Source: Azolla caroliniana
Taxonomy: Eukaryota; Plantae; Polypodiophyta
Reading direction: 5' to 3'
NCBI GenBank assembly: GCA_043228905.1
Contig: JBHGNT010000008.1
Location: forward strand, 10,044,001 to 10,108,000
DNA length: 64,000 nt
Shown here: piece after piece, positions 61,593-64,000 of the stretch
How the letters are laid out: the number at the start of each line of letters is the position of its first letter
Position numbering within the stretch: position 1 is the stretch's first letter
Notes under the pieces: generated by a model
Told to the model about the DNA's origin: nothing
Databases searched by the model: none
Seen by the model: the letters and a program-made list of their open reading frames with translations, nothing else
Made by a program: the position numbers and the translations under genes

Positions 61593-64000
61593 TGTCAGAA
61601 CCAAGGATAAAAGATAGAGTGATGGAAGAAGGATAGAGAAGAATGGATGTATAAAAGATAGAGAAAGAAAGAGAATGGATACAAGATATGTAATGAGAGC
61701 TAAAGACTAGTGCTGATTCGAATTGATTTGAGAATACATGTATGCGCTTATTTATAGGTTCCTATAGAATAGATTAGAGATTTCTAGAATGTTTTAGAAT
61801 GTTCTAGACCTAGAATGCTCTAGGACATTCTAGAACATTCTAGAATAATCTAGAGTTTTTACAATAATCAATGTAATACAAGAAGTAGCTTTTATTGTTT
61901 CATATAGCAATAAGCTATCTTAATGGTTGAGGTTTTCAAGTATGAATTACAAGGTTCGAGGTTCAAGTCCGGGTGACGCCATAATGGTCATGTGTTCATG
62001 ACACTATCCCTCCTTCGAGAACGCCAAGTGGAAGTCGGCGTTAACATTGTTGGGCCGGGCTTGTTTGGATAGTGACGATGGAAGTCGTTGACCAGAGCTT
62101 CAGCATTACAAACGTTATCGATGGGTTCCCAAGTGCGATCACTCGGAGGATAACCAAGCCAATCAACTAGATAATAAAGCTTATTGCGCACAATCTTAGA
62201 ATCGAGAATAGCAGCTACCTCGTATTCGGGGCCGTCCACAAGTTGTACAGAAGGCGGTGGTGGCACAACACGATCAGGAATTAAAGAGGTGTGGAAAGGT
62301 TCCAAAAGAGAGCTATGAAAGACAGGGTAAAGCCGCATATGTGCAGGAAGGTTAAGACGAAATGTTGCATCATTAATCTACGCCGTGATGACAAAAGGAC
62401 CTAAGCGTTGATAGTCAAGCTTAGCACACGGTCGGGTAGTCTTGATGTGATGACGAAGCAACCATACACGGTCACCAACCTTAAACGGAGACTTAAGACG
62501 ATGTCGATCGGCATTGGTCTTATGGTGTGCTTGCGCTTTCTGAAGATGTGACGATAACTCGAACTGGATTTGTTGTAGTCGGTGGAGGTGATGCGCCGCA
62601 CTAGGGTTTTGTGACACCTCGGGAAGATCTAGTATACACCATCGAGGGTGGTTGCCAGTGTAGGCAAAGAAAGGTGTAACTTTGGTAGAAGAGTGGACCG
62701 TGTTGTTGTATGCAAACTCAGCAAGATGTAAAATTTTACTCCAATCATCTTGTTGATAACTAATGAAACATCGAAGATATTGCTCGAGCGTTTGATTTGT
62801 GCGCTCTGTTTGTCCGTCAGTTTGTGGATGATAAGCCGAAGAGAGTTTGCAAGAGATTTTGAGGCCTGCCCATAGGTGCTTCCAAAAGTGTGAGATAAAT
62901 TGAGAACCTCGATCGCTAATAATATCATTCGGGAGACCATGATGGCGAAACACTTCACGCATAATGAGATCTGCATTTTCTTCACTATTGATGGTCTTTA
63001 CACATGGTACAAAATGTGCCATCTTGGTGAACCGATCCACTACTGTTAAAATAGTACCAAAGCCTTTGGAAGGTGGCAGATCCGTAATGAAATCCATAGA
63101 AATAGACTGCCATGGCTTGTTGGGAGGGGGTAATGGTTGTAGTAAGCCATAAGGGTGATGCCGGGGTATTTTGGCGCGATAGCAGGTGTCACAAGTGCGA
63201 ACATAATCTTCGACAAATTTTTGCAAATGAGGCCACCAAAACGAACGTTTCACCAGCTCAATGGTCTTGGAAATACCAAAATGTCCAGCCATGGGGGCAT
63301 CATGACAATGTTCCAACACTTGAAGTCGGGGTGATCCGTCGGGGACGTAAAGGAGATTCTTGTAGAAGAGTAAACCATCTTGCCACTTGAAGTCCTGATA
63401 ATGTTGAGATGACCCTGGCAATGTGGAGCAAGATGGACGACTTGAACCACAGTGGGCTAAGACATCCTTAGCAAAATCATCCGAATGAAGTTGTTGCCGA
63501 ATAGTGTCAAGAAGGGTAGAATCAAGTGGTGTGGCATAAATTGTTGTTACCTGTAGCTTTGATGGCCCGAGGAGAGTTTGCATTTGATTGTCAAAGGCCG
63601 GATCTCCAGGTCGAAGTGCTAGATACGAACGCCGAGACAGAGCATCTGCTTTCCCTTGTTGTTTTCCGGGGCGAAAAATGATCTTGAAATCGAAACGCGT
63701 TAGAAATTGGGCCCACCGAGCTTGTCGTCTATTTAATACTCGAGCTGTTTGAAAATATGTGAGATTTAGGTGATCCTTCTCGAAAATGACGCCATTGCTC
63801 GAATGAGTCGACCAGAGCTAGTAACTCCTTGTCATGCACCTCATAGTTTATCTCCGAAACAGTAAACTTTCTCGAGTGAAACGTGACTGGATGTATCTGC
63901 CCGTCCTCGCCTGGTTGCGATAGTCTGCCCGTCCTCGCCTGGTTGCGATAGGATACTCCCCAATGCAAAGTCTGATGCATCCGCCTCAATAGTAAATGGC
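61593..64000 (-). mobile_element. Third Tcn1-like chromovirus, 3' part (LTR 61593-62003, chromodomain, INT, RH), decayed
   Basis: TG..CA LTR, PPT AGGAGGGATAG, ORFs 61988-62338 and 62378-63583; stops and frameshifts; 28-bp tandem duplication at 63896-63951. Confidence 0.93.

Overview
Eukaryotic, gene-free window made almost entirely of nested LTR retrotransposons. The mix of lineages suggests a non-seed plant, probably a bryophyte; this is inference. No host gene, tRNA, rRNA or CRISPR array is supportable. Termini and target-site duplications (TSDs) resolve two stacks. Stack 1: an old non-chromovirus Gypsy (A, 1-12591) carries a Copia solo LTR (742-1303) and a full Copia (3723-9300), and that Copia holds a 147-bp TG..CA hairpin element. 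A and a hAT MITE (12606-13429) both appear to interrupt a minus-strand Copia LTR. Stack 2: a Copia (from 13730) is interrupted by a Trp-primed non-autonomous Gypsy (C1, from 15319). C1 contains a deleted Copia (15948-18596), an intact Tcn1-like chromovirus (21236-27034) and an autonomous-type relative C2 (from 28271). C2 was hit five times: C3 (30205-35857), D (37645-47476), D' (48081-54427) and two chromoviruses (54508-60442 and 61593 onward). The most striking observation is that the A/D/D' family has no polypurine tract next to its 3' LTR. It has instead a conserved bipartite tRNA-Arg-like 3' end ending in CCA 2 nt before the LTR, i.e. a second primer-binding site on the opposite strand, suggesting plus-strand priming by a tRNA. 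Other notable features are the integrase-style MITE, tRNA-like A/B boxes and heat-shock elements in the chromovirus LTRs, self-priming, a conserved -1 frameshift signal, a conserved extra 3' ORF and Gag-only elements with a 4-bp TSD.
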